DNA of 38,421 bases from Octopus bimaculoides (lineage: Eukaryota). The stretch's first letter is position 1. Every line of letters begins with the position of its first letter. A program made the position numbers and the translations under genes. The notes under the pieces are model-generated. The model had not been told where the DNA came from. It saw only the letters and a program-made list of their open reading frames with translations, and did no database searches. The stretch lies in the NCBI RefSeq assembly GCF_001194135.2, contig NC_068981.1:55406386-55444806 (forward strand), in the 5' to 3' direction. Positions 24,783 to 35,790 of the stretch are shown here, in pieces.

Positions 24783-26280
24783 CACTGAACCGCAAAAGAA
24801 ACATAATTTTTTCAAATGTCATTTTTATATAGTAAATTCTGAAAATTTTTTGGGGGGATGTAAGTGCAAATATTCCAAGGCATACTGGTTTATGACTGAA
24901 ACCCAAATTGCAGGTAACCTTTCAACTTTCCCTGAAATGAGATGCCAAAACGCAGTTGTGTTGAATGCCGTGGGTGGCAGTCACAAACAACTGTCATGAA
25001 AACCGAAATGCACATGCATCTCATGGAGGTTATGGGTATAAAAATCAACTTAAACTGCATTCCTGGCATTTGTAATTTGGACGCATCAGGTATGACCCAA
25101 TTATCAGCAGCACAGACAGAACAAGCTATCGGCCGATTGCAAGCAGGGCAGTGTGCCCTGGTTATTGCGAAAGGTTACAATGTCCATATCAGCACTATCT
25201 ATTGCAACAGTGATACAACAACACCAACAGCACTTCAGATCATGCACGCAGAAGACGCCCCCAGGTGACCATGCCCAGGCAAGACTGCTTCATCTACCTG
25301 AAACATTTCTGTGATTGCTTCTGACTGGCCAGCATGACAGCTCGCGAGACCATTGGCACTGGACAGCAATCCATCAGCAATGACATGATACGACGTTGAC
25401 TGGCTGCCAACAACTTGCATTGCTGTCATCCTGCTTGAAGGCCTGTCCTCACTGCCCACCACCATCAGGCACAACTACAGTGGGCTACACAGTACCAACA
25501 TTGGCGGCATCAGTCTTCTCTGACCAGAGCCAATACTGCGTTTCCATCTCGGATGGCAGGGTGAAAGTGTGGCATAGGAGGGGTGAATGCTACAGATATG
25601 CATGTGTTATGGAGAGATGTGTGGGGTGGCTAAAGCATCATGGTTTAGAGTGCTATAGGCCTGAATCAGAGAATTGGGCCCCATGTGTTCCAAAATGTGC
25701 AGGCAGAGGGAATAGCATTACGGTGCAACACTATGTTGACCAGATCCTAAGACCTCACACGTCCCCATAGCCATGTGTCCCAGCAGGACAATGCTCCCTA
25801 CTACATGGCCAGGGTCACCACAGACTTCTCGCATCAGCACAACATCAGAACCATGCCATGGCTGGCTCTCAGCCCAGATTTGAACCCCATTGAACACCTG
25901 TGGGATGAAATCCAGAGACAACTGAACCAGGTGGTCCCAAGGCTGACAACTTGTATGGAACTAGAGACAGCTTTCCTCAAGGTGTGGGCACAGGTGCCAA
26001 TGGCTTCTGTGAACTGCCTCATGCACTCCATGTACTGATGGTGTATGGCTGTTTTGAACACCTAGGGAGGGTATACACAGTATTGAACATGTCACACCCT
26101 ACAATTTTGATGTGCTGGATCTGCCCACTACCAGAACACATGACAATGACCCATAGACTGTGGTCAAAGTGCATCCAAGAAACTGACTTTATCAGATTTA
26201 TCAAAATTTATCTCTGACATAATGAAATTAAAACATATTTCACAGTCACACACACCTCGCATTTCTTTTGCAGTTCAGTG
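24783..26280 (+). mobile_element. Full-length defective Tc1 element (DD34E)
   Basis: TA|CACTGAACCGCAAAAGAAA ... TTTCTTTTGCAGTTCAGTG|TA, giving TIRs and a TA TSD. Confidence 0.93.
25092..26038 (+). pseudogene. Tc1 transposase pseudogene
   Basis: MTQLSAAQTEQAIGRLQAG (HTH start), VFSDQSQY, QQDNAPY and WLALSPDLNPIEHLWD, with 34 residues between the second D and the E. Multiple frameshifts. Confidence 0.92.
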
Positions 26281-26349
26281 TATTATACTCTATAATTTGT
26301 GTAATGAGTTTTGGTCTGTATTTCAATATTGAAATAAATTGCTGTTTAA

Positions 26350-27740
26350 CCCTTTAGCATTTAAACTGGTTACATCTGACCCAGTTATTCTACCTGTTTC
26401 ACATTCAAATTGGCCAGATCCAGGCTCTTGCACTTACAAGATCATTCTAAAAGCAAGCAATCACATTATCAAAATCTCAAAATTATGAAGATAGTGCATG
26501 ATTTATTCAAAACAATATTAATACGAAGGTGGTACCAAAAAGTTATGTTTAGGAAGAAATAATAGATGTACCTAAGTTTTGACATCATCTCCTTCAAAAT
26601 AGTCACCTTGTGCAGCAAACACTGGTCCCAGCATTCCTACCACTTTTGGAATCCAGCCTGGAAGTAATTTTCTGTAAGTAAGTCAAAGACCTTCTGTGAT
26701 TTGCTCTGGATCTTGACAACAATGTTAAAACAGTGACCCTTGAGCTGCATTTTCATCTTGGGGAAGAGATGGAAATCCACAGGTGCTAAATCTGGAAAAT
26801 TTGGTGGGTGCAGAAGCGATTCTGTATTGTTTTTGGTGACAAACTTATGAGTGAGGGGAGTTTGGTGATAGGGTGCATTGTTGTCATGAAGAATCCAAGT
26901 CTTCGTGTTGCACAGATCTGGTCACTTTTGCCAAATATCCTCTCTCAATGAACAATACTACAGATGTCAAAACAAAAACGATGAGCATGCTCTTGACTGA
27001 GCTGCCAATCTGTTGTGTCTTCTTTGGTTGTGGAGATGAAGGGCTCTTCCATTGTGATGACTGCAGCTTTTGTCTCAGGGTGATGATCCTTGACACGAAG
27101 AATGGGTCGTCAGCAGTACACCAACAGAGATCTTGACAGATTTCAATGGTGGTCAGCAGGCAGGGAGCAAACTTGGCAGAGACATGCTGCATGTCCAAAT
27201 CAGATGTTAGGATGGCCTGCATGGACTCATATGACAGACCAACAACATCAGCAATGTTGTTGATTGTCCTCTGACAATCCTCATGCACAAGCTGATGAAT
27301 TTTCGGCACATTTCTGGGGGTGACACTTGTGGCAGGTCTTCTAGATTGCTCATCTTCCAGAGATGTTCTTCCACTTTTGAAGTACCCATGCTACTCGAAA
27401 CATTGTGTACAACCCATTGCCTCAGCGCTGTAAGCTTGTTGAAGAATGCTCAATGCCTCTGTTGCAGACTTCCCAAGTTTAATGCAAAATTTCACATTAG
27501 CTCTTTGTTCCTGTCCATGACAAAATTGTAGACTACAGCATACATGTGATCACAAAAACACAAATTTCACAACTTACAAAGTAAACACAGCAATGTCACT
27601 CAGCACACTACCTCATGAAGGTCACTGCTAGCTTTCACTGCACATGCAACCATGTGCTGCCATGCTTCAGAACTAGTCCAGGAACTTTTTGATACCACCT
27701 ATAAGATTACATTTGATAGAATATTCTGAATGTTAAGAAA
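26350..27740. mobile_element. piggyBac-type MITE family A (copy 2), split by a mariner (parts 26350-26521 and ~27701-27740)
   Basis: TTAA-CCCTTTAGCATTT start. The body matches 8666-8840 up to the mariner, and the remainder (ATTTGATAGAATATTCTGAATG) resumes after it. Confidence 0.7.
26524..27700 (-). mobile_element. Internally deleted irritans-like mariner with both TIRs
   Basis: TA|CGAAGGTGGTACCAAAAAGTT and AACTTTTTGATACCACCT. Minus strand reads VSAKFAPCLL, SSVKSMLIVF, HPPNFPDLAPVDFHLFPKMK and GDYFEGD. Confidence 0.9.
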
Positions 27741-28259
27741 TTTACAGCTAAGTAACCTATTTTTGTGGAAATTTTTATAGAGAACAAAGTTGCTACTAGC
27801 TAATATTTTCCTGTATAGTTTTGAATTCTGTTCTGTTGTAATTGTGTGTAGAAATTTCATGATGCAGTTGCTAAGCAGAGGAGTTGAGAATGGAATTTGA
27901 TAGGCAGAAACTGTATATATTCTTGTATGCACACACATAACATATACATACATAGTACACACATACATTTGTGTGTATGTGTGTGTACTATATGTATATA
28001 TGTATGTATGTAAGTATGAATGTATGTATTTACATATGTTTATGTCTGAACAATCCTTTAGGCTACTGGTTATGACTTTTGTCTCATTGTCTCATACAAA
28101 ACCTCTAAAACAGGAATAAGATTTGAATGGATGTAGTTGACTAAAAACCCTTGAAGTGTAAAAAAAATATCGTTACCCTTCATTTATGTGTACATATTTG
28201 TGTGTGCAAAACAGAATCAAAGATGGAAGCTTTGAAACACTTCCCCAAAGTATACTAAC

Positions 28260-28317
28260 CTTCAAAACTCCGCCTTCTTCATAAGAGGAGGCAGGCCAAT
28301 AGTTTGCAGTGGTCCTT
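28260..28317 (-). CDS. Weak candidate coding exon (xRTTANYWPASSYEEGGVLK), unknown gene
   Basis: Acceptor TTTACTTTTTCAG, donor AAG|GTTAGT, 58 nt, one open frame, locally raised GC. Confidence 0.25.
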
Positions 28318-29224
28318 CTGAAAAAGTAAACTTTTTTTTTTCTTCTATTTTCTTTCTGATGTTTATTAAAAAATTCCAGTCTTAGAGACTATAAATGTTT
28401 ATAAGTACAATATGGATTGCAGAAATAGATGAACTTTCAGCACTTCCCCAAAAATTTTCCATTATGATTCCGGTGTACTGGAGTTATTTATAAAAGCAAG
28501 CAACAATTCAGGAACACAAATCTTGCAATTTCAGTTCCTGATTGTAACTATTTCCTTTTACTTACATCACTAATGCACTTGAGAAAGGTATGAACATGAA
28601 AATTTTCTTCTGCTCAAAATACAGGAAAACTATGCCAAGTCCATTACAGGAAACTAATATCAAAATAAATCCATATATATGTGAAAATAATGCTGACTAG
28701 GATTTGGTATTACAGAAAATACTTTTACGCCAAACTGTCTCTGAAAATGTCAACATTGGTACAATTATGTAAAAACTTAGCAAACGTCATGTGTTTACTT
28801 TAATTTCATCTCTCTGAAGTCAATAAAATAACTAACAAGTGTACACAGGGGAGATTCAATTTCCCCTTATACTCCTAATCTTTTATGAAAATTTATTCCA
28901 TGCTTAATAAATAAATAAATAAATAAACCTGTTCATTTTCTGTGAGCTCAATATTCAAAAGGAAGTAGGATTCAGTTACTTTTTAAAAGTTTTTCACTAA
29001 TCTATTTATCTAGTCTGGTGTGAGAGGATTCCACCCCATAACTACAGACAATTTGCATTTACTTTGGCTTTTCACTAACCATTTTTTCTTTCTTTTTTTT
29101 TTGTTCCATCCTACAGGGCAACTATTGTCATGGAATATAATTTCCCAAGTACTAGAACTTCATCTTTACTATTGCAACCGTTTCAAGAAATAGAAGAAAC
29201 ATCTAGGAATGGTGGCACAATACT

Positions 29225-29436
29225 TTTCTACTCTAGGTACAAGGCCCGAAAGTTTTGGGGAGGAAGCCAGTCAATTAGATTGACCCCAGTATGCAACTGG
29301 TACTTAATTCATCAACCCTGGAAGGATGAAAGGCAAAGTCGACCTCAGCGGAATTTGAACTCAGAACATAAAGACAGACGAAATACTGCTAAGCATTTTG
29401 CCTGGCATGCTAATGTTTCTGCCAGCTCACTGCCTT
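29225..29436 (-). mobile_element. Full-length tRNA-SINE, GCCTTTCATCC type, with 17-bp TSD
   Basis: AATGGTGGCACAATACT occurs at 29208-29224 and 29437-29453. The intact head reads GGCAAAATGCTTAGC-AGTATTTCGTCTG on the minus strand. Confidence 0.93.
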
Positions 29437-29688
29437 AATGGTGGCACAATACTGTTAGAGAGTAATGTTCAGAGACATTTGATATATTCTAATGACTTAG
29501 ACAAGCTTTTTATTTAACTTTGGAATAGAATACATTAGCTTTAAAAAACAAACATGAATGATTGAGTTTATAGAATGATTAAACTAATACTTTGTGTGAG
29601 CATATCTCAAAAATTGAAATGGAAATATTGGTGACCAAATAAAGTTTAAAGACTGATGTTTTTTCACATTAAACATCTATAAGCAATC

Positions 29689-29822
29689 TAATTCCACCAA
29701 GGCTGATTTTGCCTTTCAGCTTTTTGGGGTTGATAAAATAATACCAGTTGAGCATTGGGATCAATGTAATTGACTTACCTCCTCCTCTAAAACTGCTGCC
29801 CTTGTACCAAAATTTGAAACCA
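29689..29822 (+). mobile_element. tRNA-SINE, GCCTTTCATCC type, 5'-truncated
   Basis: AATTCCACCAAGG..TTTGCCTTTCAGC..GGGGTTGATAAAAT..CCTTGTACC. Confidence 0.7.
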
Positions 29823-29898
29823 ATATTATGCATTAATTCAGTTAATTTCAAAACAATTGAATACTCATTTTCAAAACCAACAAATATCCATTTGATTT

Positions 29899-30096
29899 AA
29901 GGCAGTTAGCTAGCAGAATCATTAGCATGCTGGGCAAAATGCTTAGCAGCATTTCACCTCTCTTTACATTCTAAGTACAAATTCCACCAAGGTCAACTTT
30001 GCCTTTCATCCTTTCAGAGTCAATAAAATAAATACCAGACAAGTACTGGGGTTGTTGATGTAATTGACTTCCTCTTCTCCCAAAATTTCTGGCCTG
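29899..30096 (+). mobile_element. tRNA-SINE, GCCTTTCATCC type
   Basis: GGCAGTTAGCTAGCAGAATCATTAGCATGCTGGGCAAAATGCTTAGC-AGCATTTC..AAATTCCACCAAGGTCAACTTTGCCTTTCATCC. Confidence 0.85.
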
Positions 30097-30098
30097 TA

Positions 30099-30715
30099 GA
30101 ACTTGACAAGGACGTCCTGCAAACCCTGGTGGAACAAAATCCTATCATAACTGTTGAGGAACTAGTAGAGAAGCTTGGATTTGATCATTCAACCATTCAT
30201 TGACATCTGCTGCCATCAGAAAAGTCATCAAATTGGGTCAATGGGTTCCTCGCAAATTTTCTGAGTCTAATCGTGTACAGAGAGTGAATGTGTGCTCTTC
30301 TTTACTGTCACATCTCATGAATGAACCTTTTTCAGACCGAATAGTGACTGGTGATGAGAAATGGGTTCTCTATAAAAATGTCAAGTGCTGAATACAGTGG
30401 GTAGGGAAAGGAGAAACACCAACACCCCAGGATAAAGAAGGTCTTCACCCATGTAAGATGTTGTTATCTGTTTGGTGGGATATGAAAGGTTTAGTCCACT
30501 GTGAACTTTTAAACCCAAACCAAACGATAACAAAGGAGATCTACTGTGAACAGCTTAAGTCAGTGTTAGAAGAAAAACAACCATCTTTGGTTTCAAGACA
30601 AAAGATGTTCTTCCATCAGGATAATGCTCTGCTACATACTGCGAGAATGACATTCCAAAGGCTGGAGCAGTTTGAATAGGAAACAATGCCCCACCCACCA
30701 TATTCACCAGACATT
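30099..30715 (+). pseudogene. Mariner transposase fragment without TIRs
   Basis: LGQWVPRKF, RIVTGDEKWVLY, MLLSVWWD, FHQDNA and HPPYSPD, with stops and frameshifts. Confidence 0.92.
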
Positions 30716-31188
30716 GATTACTCAGACATATTCACCATGTATTGATTACTCCTAGTCTTACAAAATAGAATATAGTTCACTAAGAAGATATAATAAGACT
30801 GAAGCACGCCTACTGCTTTCCCCAGTCAGGTTTAAAAACTCGATTCACTCCACTTTGCCTTGTCCAAAAAGTGTGATTAACCAAGTTTTATTGGAGTTAT
30901 CTCCCTTCCCGGTTTTCAGCTTTCCAGAGACCTGATGAGTATGTTTTTGTATGATCACAGCTGATCGATGTTGTTCAACTCACTGCTTTATGTATGTGAG
31001 TCCTTATCGTATTTGTTACACGTTTATATAATAGTAGTGGTGTTTGGCAGAATCGTTAGACGGCCACACGAAAAGACGAGCTATTTAGTTCAACTTAGCC
31101 AAGCTTCTCAGATTGATGAAGTAAAGCATTCATTATGTACAAGTTGATTTATTATTCCAACAATGTATCTTGGATGTCATTGGAATTG

Positions 31189-31343
31189 TTGTTGGCACTC
31201 CGTCGCTTACGACAACGAGGGTTCCAGTCGATCCGATCAACGGAACAGCCTGCTAGTGGAATTAACGTGCAAGTGACTGAGCAATCCACAGACACGTGTA
31301 CCCTTAACAGGTACAACAGAAACAAAAGATCGGAAGAGCGTCG
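31189..31343 (-). mobile_element. 3' tail of tRNA-Arg-like SINE, truncated by the gap
   Basis: GGCACTCC..GGTTCCAGTCGATCCGATCAACGGAACAGCCTGCT matches 6600-6690. Confidence 0.8.
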
Positions 31344-31754
31344 NNNNNNNNNNNNNNNNNNNNNNNNNNNNNNNNNNNNNNNNNNNNNNNNNNNNNNNNN
31401 NNNNNNNNNNNNNNNNNNNNNNNNNNNNNNNNNNNNNNNNNNNNNNNNNNNNNNNNNNNNNNNNNNNNNNNNNNNNNNNNNNNNNNNNNNNNNNNNNNNN
31501 NNNNNNNNNNNNNNNNNNNNNNNNNNNNNNNNNNNNNNNNNNNNNNNNNNNNNNNNNNNNNNNNNNNNNNNNNNNNNNNNNNNNNNNNNNNNNNNNNNNN
31601 NNNNNNNNNNNNNNNNNNNNNNNNNNNNNNNNNNNNNNNNNNNNNNNNNNNNNNNNNNNNNNNNNNNNNNNNNNNNNNNNNNNNNNNNNNNNNNNNNNNN
31701 NNNNNNNNNNNNNNNNNNNNNNNNNNNNNNNNNNNNNNNNNNNNNNNNNNNNNN
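31344..31754. other. Assembly gap
   Basis: Run of N. Confidence 1.
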
Positions 31755-32872
31755 AAAAAAAAAACGCTTCTTTACCATCAATAACTCTTCTATCAATATA
31801 AATTGTCTTTCAGCTACTCTCAAGTATTAACTCATTCGAAAGTTTAAAAACTTGAAGTTGATAAATGATATGTACGTTAGATTTTGTAGGATTAGTGAAT
31901 GGAATAGTTTTTTTTTTTTTTTCAATTTTATTTAAAAGGGAGAATAATTGAGTAGTTGTCACATTAATGCCTTCTGAAAGTGCATTTGTGCAAAAACGAA
32001 GTGAAGTAACTTCAAGCGGAAATTGGAACCGGTTCATAAAATCTGATAATCAATTCCTTACCATTTTACTTGGACCTAATTTCTTTCATCAGTTCTTATG
32101 GAACTATTGATTTATACCAGCCCCCACCTCATATGTGGTAGTGATAATATTACACATGGTTATATATACACATTTTGTTGGGTTAACGATTATAGATTAG
32201 ATATTTTATTCCCACTCAGACTTATCTTTGAGTTCTTTTTTCTAAACGGCCGGACATAGCTTGTTTTGAACACGCTCACACACTCCATTCTGTTCCAGAA
32301 ACCGATTGGTGAGATCAGCCGTGATGGATATATAATACTGTACATTTCGGATTACACACACACACTTGGTATTTTGTCAGCGTACAGAAGAACTTGGTTT
32401 TAATCTTTGTACCCTACATCAATGTACTAAAAAGTGCAAGATGTAAGTTTATATGTGTAAAAATAAAAATATGTATAGAAGATAGAAAGTAATCCGTGTT
32501 TTAGTAATAAAGGCTGCAATTGTTTTAGGACTTCTTTGTGTGTGTTCAAAGAGTATTAAGGACAGAAGTGAATTGATATACGTCTTATTAGAAATCAAAA
32601 TCAAGTTTCGAGCTCTTATATGTCGGAACGAACTATGGGAACCTCAATATAGTCGCAGTCTGCTCGAAACGGTAACTATATTCCCTTAAATACCCGTTTA
32701 TCCTCTTAAAATGAAAAGAAAGATATATTAAACACTGTAATATGAGAACAGATAAAGATGGGCTGGGTTAATGGCTGAAATTCAGAGTTCTGATCAATAA
32801 GGTATAACTTGGGACAGAACAACAGATCACATGACAGTCGCTAACACTTACATAACGTATTCTCTTAAGCAC

Positions 32873-32921
32873 GAAGGCGGCAAGCTGGCGGAAACGTTAG
32901 CACGACGGGCGAACACTTAGC
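32873..32921 (+). mobile_element. 5' half (A-box side) of a split tRNA-SINE
   Basis: GAAGGCGGCAAGCTGGCGGAAACGTTAGCACGACGGGCGAACACTTAGC matches the heads at 29899, 29436 and 9851, and stops at TTAGC. Confidence 0.85.
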
Positions 32922-33009
32922 TGTGAAGTTAATACGTGGGTTTATGTTGAACTGTTAGTTGAATTGTTGCCGTTGTTGATTCGTTAATTGTTGTTTTGTT
33001 TCACATTGT

Positions 33010-33747
33010 AGGAAAATTGAGAAGGCGCCGGAGGCAGGCCCCAGTTATGCGGCCGCAACGAGCAAAGGAGAAGACGTGCAAGAGTTGGAGGTCCGAGAAA
33101 TAAAAGTGGAGCCCAGAAAGATGAAGGAGGGTGAAAAATTAATCACTAAGGACGGTAACATACTGAAGTTAACACCACCGGAAGAGTTATCGGCCAACGT
33201 GTTAAAACGAACGGTAACATTTAAAACCATGAAGATAGACACGAGGAAAATAGAGATTGCGCCGATAGGAACCATAGAGGAATGTATCAAGGAATTGAAA
33301 AGAATTACAACATACATTACGAGAGGTAGGAGATATGCCACTGTGGAGGTACGCTTCACAACGGAGGAGGAAGCACTAAAGCACTCCACAGAGGCAATAA
33401 GGTCAGAAGAATGGGTGCTCTTGCCTTCATACTGCGGCAAACGTGTGGCCAAAGTGCGAGTGGGTAGGGTGCCACCCGAATTGAAGGAAGAATGGCTGAT
33501 GACAGCCATAACGTATAATATGAAAGACAGGAAGATTCTGAAGGCTACAAGGACCCAGAAGGTGAACTACTGTGGATATGGTATCGAATTAACGATTCAG
33601 GCACAAACGGAGGACTTGAATAGTGTGGTGGATGGGATTGTGCTGCCAGAAGATGTGAAGCTGAGAGTTATTGTGGAGGGTAGGCCACCAGTATGTTTCT
33701 CATGTGGAGAAAGTGGCCACATGAAGGCATAGTGCACCCAAAGAAAG
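33010..33747 (+). pseudogene. ORF1/gag-like nucleic-acid-binding protein, N-terminal part (RRM-like region + CCHC knuckle)
   Basis: Open frame ..GPSYAAAT..VEVRFTTEEEA..PSYCGKRVAKVRVGRVPPELKEE..LRVIVEGRPPVCFSCGESGHMKA*C. There is a TAG inside the C-X2-C-X4-H-X4-C knuckle and no in-frame ATG before the start of the homology. Confidence 0.85.
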
Positions 33748-34804
33748 TGTAATAGTACGACCGTGCGAACCAAAGGAGAATGGCGACGAGACGGAAAAGG
33801 CTCCTTTTAACCATGTCGCACGGTCGAACACAAAATAACATAATATATAACATAGAAGGCTCGTCGTGAGAGATACGAGCCAAGTGCCAGTAAAAGAACA
33901 AGAGAGAGTGACAGACACAACAGTTAGATATATAAAGAGAGTAAGTTTATTAATATAGTGAAACTGTAGTGTCTGTGTGTGCGTGCATGCGGCATATATA
34001 AATAACACAGTAGATAAGTCAGGCCTTCTTGTACAAGAGTATGTATACAACAATGTGAAATAACGGACAGTCGTATAAGCAATAGTGTGTGTACAATATG
34101 TGAGAATACAAGTGTGTGTGTGAGTGAGAGGAACACAGAACATAGAAAGAGTGTCGGTAACATAGACTACAAGTCTCAAACACTGAGATTGAGAAATACC
34201 AGTTCGGATATGAGTTACACAAGATATAGAATGATCATACGCAGGAAGTTGTGGCCAGAAAGCAGAGCTGTGGTATCACAATATGTGTGTTGAGTATCGA
34301 TGCTGTGACCGGTTACCTGATACGGAATATTCTCGAAGGTTAGTTCTGACTGTTGTTCGTGGTGGAAATAATCCACTCAAGCAGTGTCGATATAAAACCG
34401 AGTTTGTTGATATTGGTGTTGCTGGCGACGACATTGTGGTAGTCAGTACATTGGTGGTGAAGACGTCGGCGCTGGAACTAGCTGTAGCTGTGTTCTGTAT
34501 GTGTGGCCAGCGACCAGACCTGTGAGAGATCTGAAATCGAAGACGACTGGCGTCGTTGGATCGGGCTTATTTATAGATGAAATAGGGCTCACCGGAAACG
34601 AAGAAAAACTCTCTCACGTGACCTTATTATAAGGCCACGATTGGACGGAATGCACCCTGGCGCGAAGCAGAACAGGGGACATTTGCCTCGCAAATAAGAA
34701 CCAATCAGGGTGGTGTACAGAAAGGTCCAAGGCAGCCGAAGGCTAGATGTTAGCCGCTTCGTTATCCTTTATGATTGAATGCCCGAGAGAGAGGTTTCAC
34801 TACA
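33748..34804 (-). mobile_element. Solo LTR (Ty3/gypsy-like), 1057 bp, 4-bp TSD AAAG
   Basis: TGTA...TACA termini, with AAAG at 33744-33747 and 34805-34808. Removing it rejoins ORF1 as C-T-Q-R-K-P-Q-T-E-Q. No adjacent PBS or PPT. Confidence 0.85.
34545..34575 (-). promoter_or_regulatory. Putative LTR core promoter; AATAAA on the minus strand at 33946-33951
   Basis: Minus strand TATAAATAA (34575-34567), with CAGTC initiator-like motif 27 nt downstream (A at 34548) and CCAAT upstream. Confidence 0.55.
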
Positions 34805-34808
34805 AAAG

Positions 34809-35374
34809 CCACAAACAGAACAGGACATGAGAGTGTGGACCAAGTAGTACAGGACAAGGCAACATAAAAAGAAACGGAGAAGGAATCCACTATAGTTAAA
34901 AAGAAAAGAAGGAGGAGCGGAGGAATGAGTTCTCCGCCAGAAAAGCAGAAACAGAAGAGAGAAGAGGTGAGAAAAGAAACTGTGAAGGAGAGCAGTAGGA
35001 AGGAAAAAGAAAGTGGAGTTACCAGTGGAGAAAGTGTCGGAAACCCAACTGTATGAAGGTGAAATGGAGAGACTATTTATGGAGGAAGAAAAAATGAGAA
35101 CCAAAAGTCCAAGAGAAAGGAAAGAAGATACGAGGAGGAGAAGGAGTATGGTATTATGTAACGCACCCAAAAAATGTTGAAACAGAAAAAAATAATCAGG
35201 TTACACTCAATAGTAAGAGTGAAGGTGCCTTCATACGTCTACGCAGAGGATATGAAGGTAATATTGATAGAAGAGGAAAACTACAGAAAATTGAAAGAGA
35301 TGTGTGGATATAACGTTGACCCGCCAGGAGTGGAGGTAGAATTTAAAGAGTTGCCACCAGTGGTGGATTTATGA
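34809..35374 (+). pseudogene. ORF1 C-terminal part (K/E/R-rich low complexity, ending ..KELPPVVDL*)
   Basis: Purine-rich, largely open frame ..KETEKESTIVKKKRRRSGGMSSPPEKQK..MLKQKKIIRLHSIVRVKVPSY.., with a few stops and a frameshift. Confidence 0.6.
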
Positions 35375-35625
35375 GATATCGAATCACTAATGAAGTTCTA
35401 CTAAAGACAAGTATGAAATTAAAGGAAAAAAAAAGAACAATTGTAAATAGTACATATAACGGTTCAAATGGTACTGCATGGGAGTGGGGCCATGCGTCCA
35501 TTTTCATTTTTATGTAACTTCCATTTCATTTACATTCGTTTTATGTTTTTTGTCCCCACTGTGGTCTTGTCTGTCCTTGTGGTGTCCCCATCTACGTTTA
35601 GGGCTTTATGCCTAATAAAGAAATC

Positions 35626-35790
35626 GATATTTCGCCTGTCTTTACGCTCTGAGTTCAAATTCCGCCGAGGTCGACTTTACCTTTCCACCTTTTCGTGGTC
35701 GATAAATTAAGTACCAGCTGCATACTGGGGTCGATCTAATCGACTGGGCCCCCTTCCCAAAAATTTCGGACCTTGTGCCTAGAAAAGATT
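35626..35790 (+). mobile_element. 3' half (B-box side) of the split tRNA-SINE
   Basis: GATATTTCGCCTGTCTTTACGCTCTGAGTTCAAATTCCGCCGAGGTCGAC..GATAAATTAAGTACCAG..CCTTGTGCCTAG begins exactly where the 32873-32921 half stops. Confidence 0.88.

Larger units (their letters stand above)
32922..35625 (+). mobile_element. ORF1-only non-LTR retroelement (L1/Tx1-type ORF1, no ORF2), ~1.65 kb excluding the nested LTR
   Basis: Short GT-rich leader, ORF1, ~250-bp 3' UTR ending AATAAAGAAATC (AATAAA at 35614-35619). Bounded on both sides by the two halves of one SINE. Confidence 0.75.

Noticed and set aside
31135-31830. Long ORFs of 231 and 223 aa
   Set aside because: Mostly N gap plus a SINE tail.
32130-32560. 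Possible solo LTR (TATA-like and AATAAA motifs)
   Set aside because: I could not find a TG..CA pair with a matching TSD.
34769-35170. Hydrophobic 133-aa minus-strand ORF resembling a membrane protein
   Set aside because: It is the antisense shadow of the purine-rich ORF1 tail.
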